Source of the DNA: an uncultured Gammaproteobacteria bacterium
Lineage (GTDB): Bacteria > Patescibacteriota > Patescibacteriia > UBA11705 > DATKZF01
Direction of reading: 5' to 3'
Assembly (NCBI GenBank): GCA_964411255.1
Contig: CAYPKD010000006.1
Span: 67,097 to 131,096 of the forward strand
DNA length: 64,000 nucleotides
In this document: positions 56,055-64,000 of the stretch, piece after piece
Numbering within the stretch: position 1 is the stretch's first letter
Layout: the number at the start of each line of letters is the position of its first letter
Position numbers and translations under genes: made by a program
Notes under the pieces: generated by a model
The model's database searches: none
Told to the model about the DNA's origin: nothing
Seen by the model: only the letters and a program-made list of their open reading frames with translations

Positions 56055-57737
56055 ATGAAAAAAACTTTTATATTTTTAATATTTGTCTTTGCTTTTATAT
56101 CAATCGCTCCTTTAGCAAGTAGCGCCCATATTTTTTGTAATTGCCCTGTACCTGCTGGCCATGATTGCTCAGCTGCTTGTCAAAATCAGCCAAACCAAGC
56201 CACAGTTTGCCAATGCGAGGGTGCGATGGTTACGTTTCCTTCTGTCAGCACTTCTGACTGTGTACAAAAATGTGAAAAAACCTATAACCCTCAAAATGTA
56301 GCTGAAAAAAAATACAAAATTTGTAATTGCACAGTCGGCACTCCATATGCTGATGATGATATATGCAAAAAAACATGCGCTGCTAAATCTGAATTTAAAG
56401 ACAAAACTGTCTGCGCCTGCACTGAATCAACGAAAGAACCAAAACTGGCAGAAGAAAAAAGTTTGCCAGAGAAAGAAACAGAATGTGAAAAATATTGTAA
56501 ACCAGAAGATAAGCCAACGCCAACGACCACAACTGAAGCAGCGCCGCCAGAATTTGGAGAAGCAATAAAGCCAAAAATTTATGTTGCTATCCCTGACTTA
56601 AAACTTTCAGATTTAAAAGTTCCTATTGGCGGTGATGAATCAGTACAGATTAGCTTTCCCTGGATTGCTCAATATATTATTGCTGTTTACAAATATGCAT
56701 TGGGCTTTGCCTCAATTCTAGCAGTTATTATGATAATGGCTGCAGGAATTTTATATCTTGTCTCAGCAGGCAATCCCCAAAGAATCAGTCAGGCAAAAAA
56801 TTATATTATTGGCGCAATCACAGGCTTAATAATCATTGTAGGTTCATATACAATCTTAAATTTGATCAGCCCCCAGCTAACTCAATTAGGCTCAGTTGAA
56901 CTAAAAACCGTAACTGAAGCCGAACTAGAAGAAGAATTTATGAATGCTGAAATCGAAGGACGAACCAGCTCTTCTCAAAATAATATTGCTTTTGCTTCTA
57001 TCCCCATTGAACACCGCGGCAAAGAATGCAACATTCCCAACACAGCTAGCGGTATTGGCGATCCGACTCTAATGGAAAAATATCCGGATACGGCATGTTT
57101 AGCAGTTGGGCACAGAAATGTAGCTTCAATTTCCCAAGTCACAATTCATGAAGGCAATACTGCTGAAAGAAATGTCAAACAATGGCTATATGGGAAAAAA
57201 GGATATGTTAAAACCGGAAAAGTAACAAGCAGCCATTACACTATTGAAAGAAGCGGCAAAATATATCAACATTTGGATGAAGCTAAAGTCGGAATTCATG
57301 CGCCAGGACAAAATTCAATTTCCATTGGAATTGATCTAACCACAAATGTATTTGCTGGATATAGATATGGAAAAATAGATGAATGCCTAGAAAACTGCAA
57401 AAAAGGCGTGTATCCCTGTAAAGGCGAAAAAAATAATAAAGAACTGGCTATTAAAAATTGCACGCCTGTTTATACAGCCGCTCAGATTTCATCTTTAAAA
57501 AAATTATTAAGTAATATTGCTGCCAGAACTGCATATAAATTTGATTTTCAACATACCTGGTCTCATTGCGAAGGAGGTGGCCATTCAGACCCTAGAAATT
57601 TCAAATGGGAAGATATTGGGCAAAACACTCAGCAACATAGTGATCGGGACAAACAAAAACCAAAAAGGTTATGCCGTTATTACCCAGAATACGAGGAAAG
57701 AGTAAGAGAACTGGCAGATCAAATTTTCGGACAATAA
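56055..57737 (+). CDS. Secreted protein with a Cys-rich N-terminal region, a T4SS-pilin-like domain and an N-acetylmuramoyl-L-alanine amidase (Amidase_2/PGRP) domain.
   Basis: The pilin-like block is QYIIAVYKYALGFASILAVIMIMAAGILYLVSAGNPQRISQAKNYIIGAITGLIIIVGSY. The amidase_2 signature is SSHYTIERSGKIYQHLDEAKVGIHAPGQNSISIGIDL, with an H...C zinc-ligand pattern (TWSHCEGGGHSDP) that parallels T7 lysozyme. Confidence 0.65.
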   Translation: MKKTFIFLIFVFAFISIAPLASSAHIFCNCPVPAGHDCSAACQNQPNQATVCQCEGAMVTFPSVSTSDCVQKCEKTYNPQNVAEKKYKICNCTVGTPYADDDICKKTCAAKSEFKDKTVCACTESTKEPKLAEEKSLPEKETECEKYCKPEDKPTPTTTTEAAPPEFGEAIKPKIYVAIPDLKLSDLKVPIGGDESVQISFPWIAQYIIAVYKYALGFASILAVIMIMAAGILYLVSAGNPQRISQAKNYIIGAITGLIIIVGSYTILNLISPQLTQLGSVELKTVTEAELEEEFMNAEIEGRTSSSQNNIAFASIPIEHRGKECNIPNTASGIGDPTLMEKYPDTACLAVGHRNVASISQVTIHEGNTAERNVKQWLYGKKGYVKTGKVTSSHYTIERSGKIYQHLDEAKVGIHAPGQNSISIGIDLTTNVFAGYRYGKIDECLENCKKGVYPCKGEKNNKELAIKNCTPVYTAAQISSLKKLLSNIAARTAYKFDFQHTWSHCEGGGHSDPRNFKWEDIGQNTQQHSDRDKQKPKRLCRYYPEYEERVRELADQIFGQ

Positions 57738-57738
57738 T

Positions 57739-59037
57739 ATGATTTTTATTTGCAAAAAATGCGATTCGCAATTCACAAAGTGGTCAGGCAGATGCCCTGA
57801 GTGCCAGGCTTGGGGAACCATTGAAAAATCAAAAAGCAAAAATCAAAAAGTAAAAAAAGGTGATGCGAAAATTGTCTCACTTGACCAAATAGATAATCTC
57901 AAGCTGGAGCGCATAAAGACAGGTCTCGAAGACTTTGATCAATTTCTAGGTGGGGGGCTGGTAGATGGCAGCCTTCTTTTAATTGGCGGCGAGCCAGGAA
58001 TTGGTAAATCAACCATTGCCTTGCAGCTTTTAAGCAAATTCAATCAAGACTCTCTTTATGTCAGTGGCGAAGAGTCAGCGCAGCAAATCAAACTTCGGGC
58101 TCAAAGATTAAGCATTGATAAATTAAAAATCTTAAATACAAATTCTCTTGAAAATATTTTGTATCATTTGCAGACATCAAAACCAAAAATTGCCATCATT
58201 GATTCAATTCAGACAATTTACTCTTCAGAAATAGAAAGCGAACCTGGAAATGTCTCGCAAATCAAAGTAATTGCTGTTAAACTCTTAGAACTGGCAAAAA
58301 AACAAAATACTGCTTTAATCTTAATTGGACACATAACCAAAGACGGCGCAATTGCCGGGCCAAAAACTTTAGAGCATTTAGTTGACGCAGTTTTTTATCT
58401 TGAAGGCGAACGAAATTCTGATTTAAGAATTATAAGGTCAATAAAAAACAGATTTGGCTCAACTAATGAACTTTTAATTTTTGAAATGACAAATAGGGGA
58501 TTGCAAATAGTTGAAAATCCTTCAAAAATCTTTTTATCCCCTACTCCAATTGATGTTGCTGGCACTGTAACCAGCGCAGTACTTGAGGGTTCACGATGTT
58601 TTTTAGTTGAGGTTCAGGCGCTGGCCAATCAGACTGTTTTTGGATATCCGCAGAGAAAGTCCAGCGGCTATGATTTGAACAGGCTTCAATTGCTATTAGC
58701 TGTGCTGACAAGACGGGCAAATTTGAATTTTAATAATCAGGATGTACATTTAAATGTCACTGGTGGATTTAAAATAAAAGAAACTGCTCTAGACTTAGCA
58801 GTTGCTCTGGCCTGCGCCTCTGCCCTATCAAATCAGGCATTAAATCCAAAGACTCTGGTTTTTGGTGAATTAGGCCTTGCTGGAGAGGTTAGAACAGTTA
58901 AACAGGCTGAAAAACGCCTAAAAGAAGGCGAGAAATTGGGTTTTGAGAGCGCTATTGTTCCATTTAATACAAAATCACCTGCTAACCTTAAAATACATCA
59001 AATAAAGACAATTTCAGAAGGAGTGCAGCTTTTGTAA
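57739..59037 (+). CDS. radA: DNA repair protein RadA/Sms.
   Basis: An N-terminal C4 zinc finger (CKKCDSQFTKWSGRCPECQAWGT) is followed by a RecA-like Walker A (GGEPGIGKST) and a Lon-like C-terminal domain. Confidence 0.9.
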   Translation: MIFICKKCDSQFTKWSGRCPECQAWGTIEKSKSKNQKVKKGDAKIVSLDQIDNLKLERIKTGLEDFDQFLGGGLVDGSLLLIGGEPGIGKSTIALQLLSKFNQDSLYVSGEESAQQIKLRAQRLSIDKLKILNTNSLENILYHLQTSKPKIAIIDSIQTIYSSEIESEPGNVSQIKVIAVKLLELAKKQNTALILIGHITKDGAIAGPKTLEHLVDAVFYLEGERNSDLRIIRSIKNRFGSTNELLIFEMTNRGLQIVENPSKIFLSPTPIDVAGTVTSAVLEGSRCFLVEVQALANQTVFGYPQRKSSGYDLNRLQLLLAVLTRRANLNFNNQDVHLNVTGGFKIKETALDLAVALACASALSNQALNPKTLVFGELGLAGEVRTVKQAEKRLKEGEKLGFESAIVPFNTKSPANLKIHQIKTISEGVQLL

Positions 59038-59041
59038 AACC

Positions 59042-59150
59042 GCGCCCGCCATGCTGATGCTGAGGGGAAACTCTGTTTCCCCGACCATACGCGGGCGCTT
59101 TCCCTGGCGGTAACGACGAATTCGAATTCGTCGTTACCGCCAGGGATTAA
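59042..59150. other. GC-rich structured element. A nested hairpin (ccgcgcccgc...ggggaaac-tct-gtttcccc...gcgggcg) is followed by a perfect 44-bp palindrome (ccctggcggtaacgacgaattc|gaattcgtcgttaccgccaggg).
   Basis: The complementarity was read directly from the sequence. The element sits in an AT-rich intergenic region. The palindrome has no spacer. Confidence 0.6.
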
Positions 59151-59219
59151 AAAAATACAGAACTTATTTCTGCTGTTTTTTATTTTAAAAAAACCTGAAA
59201 AAAGCCTAAATTATTAGCA

Positions 59220-59248
59220 CTTGACATATTTTTTTAAATAATGTAAGA
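59220..59248 (+). promoter_or_regulatory. Sigma70 promoter (TTGACA-17-TAAGAT).
   Basis: It lies about 40 nt upstream of the 59288 gene. Confidence 0.45.
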
Positions 59249-59287
59249 TAAGTATGAAATATCTTAATTATCTTAATTTCAAAAATT

Positions 59288-59503
59288 ATGAAAAAAGGAA
59301 CCTGCAGTAAAAAAAAGAAATTTTACGGATTAATTACAATCACTGATAAAGGACAAATCGCCATTCCAATTGAATTGCGCAGAGATTTAGGTATTAACAA
59401 AGGCGACAAATTGCTTATTATAAAAAGAACTGACAACAAAGGAATTAATCTATTAAAGGCAAATACAATTGACGATTTTATTGAAAAATTATCAAAAGAT
59501 TAA
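59288..59503 (+). CDS. AbrB/MazE/SpoVT-type DNA-binding protein.
   Basis: The stretch GLITITDKGQIAIPIELRRDLGINKGDKLLI is a typical swapped-hairpin barrel motif. The product is 71 aa. Confidence 0.6.
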   Translation: MKKGTCSKKKKFYGLITITDKGQIAIPIELRRDLGINKGDKLLIIKRTDNKGINLLKANTIDDFIEKLSKD

Positions 59504-59527
59504 TTTTAATTATTAACATATATTTTT

Positions 59528-59716
59528 ATGTCTGATGAAGTAAATTATGTTGAAAATTGGGAAGACAAAGCGACTCAATGCCAAAGTTGTAAAAGCTTTC
59601 AGCAAAGAGAAGGCAAAAGCGCCTGTGTGCCTGAAGATAAAAGTTTTGAGCAGGCCTTATCTGAATACGGCGAGGTCTCACCAACAGGACATTGCAATTA
59701 TTTTAAAAGCAAATAA
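59528..59716 (+). CDS. Small Cys-containing protein (C-x2-C...C...HC).
   Basis: The product is 62 aa. The gene is co-directional with the AbrB-like gene, 24 nt downstream of it. Confidence 0.35.
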   Translation: MSDEVNYVENWEDKATQCQSCKSFQQREGKSACVPEDKSFEQALSEYGEVSPTGHCNYFKSK

Positions 59717-59740
59717 ACAATGAAAATCTTCTCAATATTA

Positions 59741-59767
59741 AAACAAGGCCTGATAGTCTTGTTTTTT
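59741..59767 (+). terminator. Hairpin plus T-run after the small-gene pair; convergent with recG.
   Basis: The stem is aacaagg-cctgatagt-cttgtt, followed by tttt. Confidence 0.4.
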
Positions 59768-59800
59768 GCTTAATGTCAAATATATTATAAAAATAAACAA

Positions 59801-61912
59801 TCATTCAAAATGCAGCGATATATCCATTCCCTCAACTTTCTTTTTCAACTCTTCAAACTCATCCAAACGATTTACATACTCAACTGCCTCATTCTGGGCT
59901 TTTTTTATTAATTCCAAATCAGTCAAACTGGCGATTTTCAAATCTGGCAAACCAGACTGGCGCGTGCCATAAACTTCGCCAGGTCCGCGCAATTCCAAAT
60001 CCAATTCTGCAAGCTTAAATCCGTCATTATATTTTTCTAAAGCTTTTAATCTTTTATAAGCAATATCAGTTAAATCTTCGCCAAACAAAAAGCAATATGA
60101 CTGCTCCTCTCCCCTACCTACTCTGCCTCGAAACTGATGAAGCTGAGCTAATCCAAATCTGTTCGCCCCTTCAATGACCATAATTGTAGCATTAGGCACA
60201 TCAACTCCAACCTCAACCACAGAAGTCGACACTAATATGTCGAATTTTTTATTCTTCCCGCCAGAGGCGGATCCGCCTTTGGCGGAGAAATTCCGCATAA
60301 TTTCATCTTTTTCTTTTGACTTTAATTTCCCATGCAGCATGCCAATATTTAAATCTGGAAAAATGTGTTTAGATAATTTTTCATATTCTTCAGTCACACT
60401 TTTTACTCCTAATTTATCACTTTCCTCAATCAATGGACAAATTACAAAAACTTGCTGGCCTTGCTTCACTTTATCTTTTATAAATTTATAGGCCTGGGCT
60501 CGCTTATCTTCAGTTACGAGCTTGGTTATAATCGGTTTTCTTCCTTTTGGCTTTTCCTTAATAATTGATAAATCCAAATCACCATATAAAGTTAAAATTA
60601 AAGAACGCGGAATTGGCGTGGCTGTTAGAGATAAAAAGTGCGGCACTAAATTTACTCCGGATTCTATCAATTTTTTCCTCTGTTCAACTCCAAATCGATG
60701 CTGTTCATCAACTGCCACCAATGCTAAATCCTTGATCTTAACCTCTTCTGTAATTAAAGCATGTGTTCCAATCACTAAATCAATTTCTCCACTGGAAAGA
60801 CCCTCTATAATTTTCTTTTTACTTGCTTTCTCATCACCAAAAATTCTTTTATCTGCTCTGGTCAGTAGTGCAACTTTTACTTTTGGTGATAAAAATTTTG
60901 ATAAACTTTCAAAATGCTGTTGAGCTAAAATTTCAGTCGGCGCCATTAATGCGCTCTGAAATCCATTTAATGCTGTATTTAGTATTGCCAAGCCGACTAC
61001 AATTGTTTTGCCAGATCCAACATCTCCTTCAAGCAGCCTGTTCATTGGCTTTTCTTTTTCCAGATCAAGTAAAATTTCCCAGGCAGTTTTTTTCTGATCA
61101 TCAGTTAAGGTGAAAGGCAATTTTTTTACAAAATCTTTTGTAGCTTTTTCTAAGAATTTCACTTTTGGAGACTCTGCTTTTGCTAATTGTTCACGGTATT
61201 TTTGAATTTTTAATTGAATTAAAAATAATTCGTCAAATTTAAGCCTGTCTTTTGCTTTTACTAATAAAGCTTTTGTTTTTGGAAAATGAATATTTTCAAT
61301 TGCTTGGCTTAAATGTAAAAACTTATTTTTTCTTGTCGTCCGAAGCCTTGGCGAAGGACGATTAATTAAATCTTCAGGTAAAAATTCTTTTAAATTCTTA
61401 ACCAAGGGCAAAGCTTGCTTTATCCAATATCTAAACTGCTTTTGAGTTAATCTTCCTGGCACAGAATATACAGGCTGCAGCCTCTTTGTTATGGTGCTAA
61501 AGCTGGTTGCTTTTTCGTAAAAAGGACTGACCATTTGCAAATTATAATTATCATGCACTTTACCAGCTAAATAAACTTCACTGCCAACAGACAGAGTTTT
61601 TGTCAAAAAAGGCTGATTAAACCAAACCACATTAAGCTGACCACTATCATCAGAGACAACAGCTTCAGTAATATTTTTTCTCTGCCTTGGACTTCTTCGA
61701 TTAGCTATCAAATCTACTTTAACCTTGATCGTTGCCACCTCATTTGGCGTCAAATCAGCAATTGTCCGCACTTTAGTAAAGTCATCATAGCGGAAAGGAA
61801 AATAATAAAGCAGATCTTCTAAAGTATTAAGACCTAATTTCTCCAATTGCTTCACTGTTGTCTTTCCAACCCGGTGAAGCCGTTCAATTGACTGATCTAA
61901 GCGCATATTCAT
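59801..61912 (-). CDS. recG: ATP-dependent DNA helicase RecG.
   Basis: The Walker A (GDVGSGKT), DEQH box and TATPIPRS motif are present. There is an N-terminal wedge domain. The product is 703 aa. Confidence 0.9.
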   Translation of the reverse strand: MNMRLDQSIERLHRVGKTTVKQLEKLGLNTLEDLLYYFPFRYDDFTKVRTIADLTPNEVATIKVKVDLIANRRSPRQRKNITEAVVSDDSGQLNVVWFNQPFLTKTLSVGSEVYLAGKVHDNYNLQMVSPFYEKATSFSTITKRLQPVYSVPGRLTQKQFRYWIKQALPLVKNLKEFLPEDLINRPSPRLRTTRKNKFLHLSQAIENIHFPKTKALLVKAKDRLKFDELFLIQLKIQKYREQLAKAESPKVKFLEKATKDFVKKLPFTLTDDQKKTAWEILLDLEKEKPMNRLLEGDVGSGKTIVVGLAILNTALNGFQSALMAPTEILAQQHFESLSKFLSPKVKVALLTRADKRIFGDEKASKKKIIEGLSSGEIDLVIGTHALITEEVKIKDLALVAVDEQHRFGVEQRKKLIESGVNLVPHFLSLTATPIPRSLILTLYGDLDLSIIKEKPKGRKPIITKLVTEDKRAQAYKFIKDKVKQGQQVFVICPLIEESDKLGVKSVTEEYEKLSKHIFPDLNIGMLHGKLKSKEKDEIMRNFSAKGGSASGGKNKKFDILVSTSVVEVGVDVPNATIMVIEGANRFGLAQLHQFRGRVGRGEEQSYCFLFGEDLTDIAYKRLKALEKYNDGFKLAELDLELRGPGEVYGTRQSGLPDLKIASLTDLELIKKAQNEAVEYVNRLDEFEELKKKVEGMDISLHFE

Positions 61913-62029
61913 ATTTTACTCTAATTTTCAAATTCTTCAAATCAATATTAGTATCCGTTGTATCTGTTACGATCCGTTAATCTGTTTTTATAAAACATGT
62001 AATCTTACAAAAAAAATCCCAGTGCAATG

Positions 62030-62314
62030 TCACTGGGAACCGTTTTCCTGATTTGCTCCGTTATGGCTATCCAAGAACGCAACAAATATGAGTGAGGCAA
62101 ATAAAGCTATAGCACATACTACAGCTATATGCAAGACATAATATACACCATCTGTAACAACATAATTTATAAAATCGACCGGTTCATATCCAAATTCTAT
62201 AATAATCATGCCTATAATATAACATCCGAAAACAAATACAAGGCTAAGCCCACAAATCACCGCTCCTCCCACCATTACCAAATATGGCAGATTATTTATG
62301 TCCCTTTTCATCAT
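62030..62314 (-). CDS. Small 3-TM membrane protein.
   Basis: An AAGGAGAG RBS precedes the ATG at 62314. It is a paralog-like neighbour of the 62311..62577 gene, and the stop and start overlap (ATGA). Confidence 0.5.
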   Translation of the reverse strand: MMKRDINNLPYLVMVGGAVICGLSLVFVFGCYIIGMIIIEFGYEPVDFINYVVTDGVYYVLHIAVVCAIALFASLIFVAFLDSHNGANQENGSQ

Positions 62315-62577
62315 GACTCTCCTTTTAGCTTTTTTTTCATAAACCATTCATACGACTCTTTTAAACCATCTAGGCATATCATTAAAATTCCTCCAAAATA
62401 CAACAGTGCCCCGCAGCAGCATATTGTTGCAAAAGAAGTATTCATAATCGTTTCAACTATTTCTTTATTAATAAAAAATCTCCCCAAATACCAACAAAAG
62501 GCAAATATTACCGCTGCAATAACTGCAACTACTAAAATTACTACTCCTGCAGATTCAATTCGGTCTTTTTTCATCAC
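62311..62577 (-). CDS. Small 2-3-TM membrane protein.
   Basis: A GGAGG RBS lies 5 nt before a GTG/ATG start. The N-terminus (MKKDRIES) resembles the N-terminus of its neighbour (MKRDINN). Confidence 0.5.
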   Translation of the reverse strand: MMKKDRIESAGVVILVVAVIAAVIFAFCWYLGRFFINKEIVETIMNTSFATICCCGALLYFGGILMICLDGLKESYEWFMKKKLKGES

Positions 62578-62696
62578 GCACCTCCTCTCGCCTATCCTAC
62601 TTTAACTGTCCCATAATACAAATTTTTTGTCAAAAAAAAAGCAGATTAAATCTACTTTCAAAATGGCCTGCCATCCGAAACCCAAAGGGTGAAGGA

Positions 62697-62773
62697 TGGC
62701 GTACCCGACAGGAATCGAACCTGTAACCTCCAGCTCCGCAAGCTGACGCTCTATCCGGTTGAGCTACGGGTAC
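62697..62773 (-). tRNA. tRNA with anticodon read as GCG (Arg) by manual folding, with encoded CCA.
   Basis: The acceptor stem pairs GTACCCG with CGGGTAC. The D arm is GCTC/GAGC. The anticodon stem is TCAGC/GCTGG with loop TTGCGGA. The T arm is ACAGG-TTCGATT-CCTGT. The discriminator is G, followed by CCA. Confidence 0.7.
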
Positions 62774-62833
62774 TTATTTTAAAAAAATTCCAAAAATGGA
62801 ATCTTTATTAAAGAATCAAATTTAATTTAGACT

Positions 62834-63334
62834 TTACATCTTTAAAACTTTTGCCAGTCTCTCAGACAATTCTTCTTCTTCTCTTTCCAAATCTTCTTCT
62901 AAATACTGATTTAATATTTCCCTTATCCTTATCGGATCAACATTTTCCAAAGGAATTGGAAGATTTTTCTTGAATTTATTTTTAAAATCAAGATAGAGTA
63001 ATTTGGCAATATGAGGTTTATAAATCATCCAAAAACCTTCAATTTCTTCATATCTATAAAATTTCCTGCCAACTATAATACCGTCTTCTGTAATTGCCGC
63101 TTCAACGTCATGAGGTTTTTGAAAATGCTGAATCACTCCAATAAATGCTGCTAAAATTAAAATAACTGCAAACAAAATATTTTTTGTCCAAACAGCATAA
63201 ATCACTAAAATACCCAAAACTATTACAGCTGCGATATACCACTTTTTACTTCTTTCATGCGTAGCAAACTCTGGGAAATGCCAATTAATTAGCAAGTCCT
63301 CATGCTCTGAATTTTTATCATTTATTTCCTCCAT
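62834..63334 (-). CDS. Hypothetical 2-TM membrane protein.
   Basis: The ORF is 166 aa and lies between two tRNAs. Confidence 0.5.
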   Translation of the reverse strand: MEEINDKNSEHEDLLINWHFPEFATHERSKKWYIAAVIVLGILVIYAVWTKNILFAVILILAAFIGVIQHFQKPHDVEAAITEDGIIVGRKFYRYEEIEGFWMIYKPHIAKLLYLDFKNKFKKNLPIPLENVDPIRIREILNQYLEEDLEREEEELSERLAKVLKM

Positions 63335-63409
63335 ATTTTTTATATTATTTTTTTTTATTTACAATATTGGCCTGCCAGCCGAAACTCGAACGTAAGTGAG
63401 AATGAAGGC

Positions 63410-63500
63410 TGGCGGAGAGGGCGGGAGTTGAACCCGCAAACCGTTTTTTACACGGTTACGGTTTAGCAAACCGCTGCCTTACCATTCGGCGCACCTCTCC
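63410..63500 (-). tRNA. tRNA-Ser (anticodon GCT), type II with long variable arm, with encoded CCA.
   Basis: The sequence reads GGAGAGG...GCGGT-TTGCTAA-ACCGT, then the variable stem AACCG...CGGTT, then the T arm GCGGG-TTCAACT-CCCGC, then CCTCTCC-G-CCA. Confidence 0.75.
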
Positions 63501-63575
63501 ATAAAAAGGGTATAAGTCATGAATAAAACTAAAGAAAAAATTGACTTTATGGTCTGCCATCCGTAGCTCCAAAAG

Positions 63576-63665
<90 letters not shown>

Positions 63666-64000
63666 CACCTCTCCAAATTTTGCTTTTGCAAAATTGGATG
63701 AAGAAGCGGAATTGATGTGAGTGAATATTTATATATATAAAATAAGGTAAAATTTTCCCACATCTGATATCCACGTCTTTTATCCAACTGTTACTAAATT
63801 TACAGTAAAATAACAAATTTTTCAACAGTTCAGCAAGATAAATCATTATAACACGAATTGATAAAAATGTAAATACTATACTCTTAAATATTTACTTATT
63901 GCAAGACCACTACTTATTGCAGTTAAAATTATCACACTTATCAATTCCAATCCGAAAACAAACAAAAAGTGACTGTTAAAATATGACACTAAATCAAATC

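Overview
This is an AT-rich bacterial segment whose gene content fits a small-genome, CPR/Patescibacteria-like organism; that placement is my inference. The evidence is a 23S-IVS 'four-helix-bundle' protein, VirB2/TrbC-like pilin-domain proteins, a 2676-aa LamG surface protein, and a reduced set of housekeeping genes. The recognisable housekeeping genes are uvrD/pcrA, queH, gatC-gatA, ligA, gap, rseP, murI, a phosphohexomutase, lemA-htpX, a clpC-like ATPase, radA, recG and three tRNAs with encoded CCA.

The most unusual feature is an array at about 13.0-22.3 kb. It has visibly higher G+C than its surroundings. It holds about 13 same-strand genes: secreted Cys-rich proteins with MopE-type repeats, small membrane proteins, a KxDG RNA-ligase-like protein and an XRE regulator. 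The genes are separated by nine copies of a ~65-nt two-hairpin element whose stems co-vary between copies. The outer 7-mers of the first hairpin match the integron attC R''/R' consensus, but no integrase lies in the window.

The array is followed at 22.4-26.4 kb by five single-gene units. Each carries its own near-consensus sigma70 promoter and one of a family of related terminators. Two of these units appear to have arisen by duplication.

Other signals worth a second look:
- Two paralogous proteins fuse a T4SS-pilin-like domain to a C39-like peptidase or an Amidase_2 peptidoglycan amidase.
- A conserved CCA-sequestering hairpin follows all three tRNAs.
- ATTCGG direct-repeat arrays sit upstream of the clpC-like gene and rseP.
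- Two (CANAGAAA)n 8-nt tandem tracts lie directly upstream of adjacent start codons.
- Several GC-rich structured non-coding elements occur, including a 44-bp perfect palindrome.

The supplied ORF track misses a ~590-codon minus-strand ORF at the left edge of the window, and it calls several spurious ORFs inside repeats and tRNAs.
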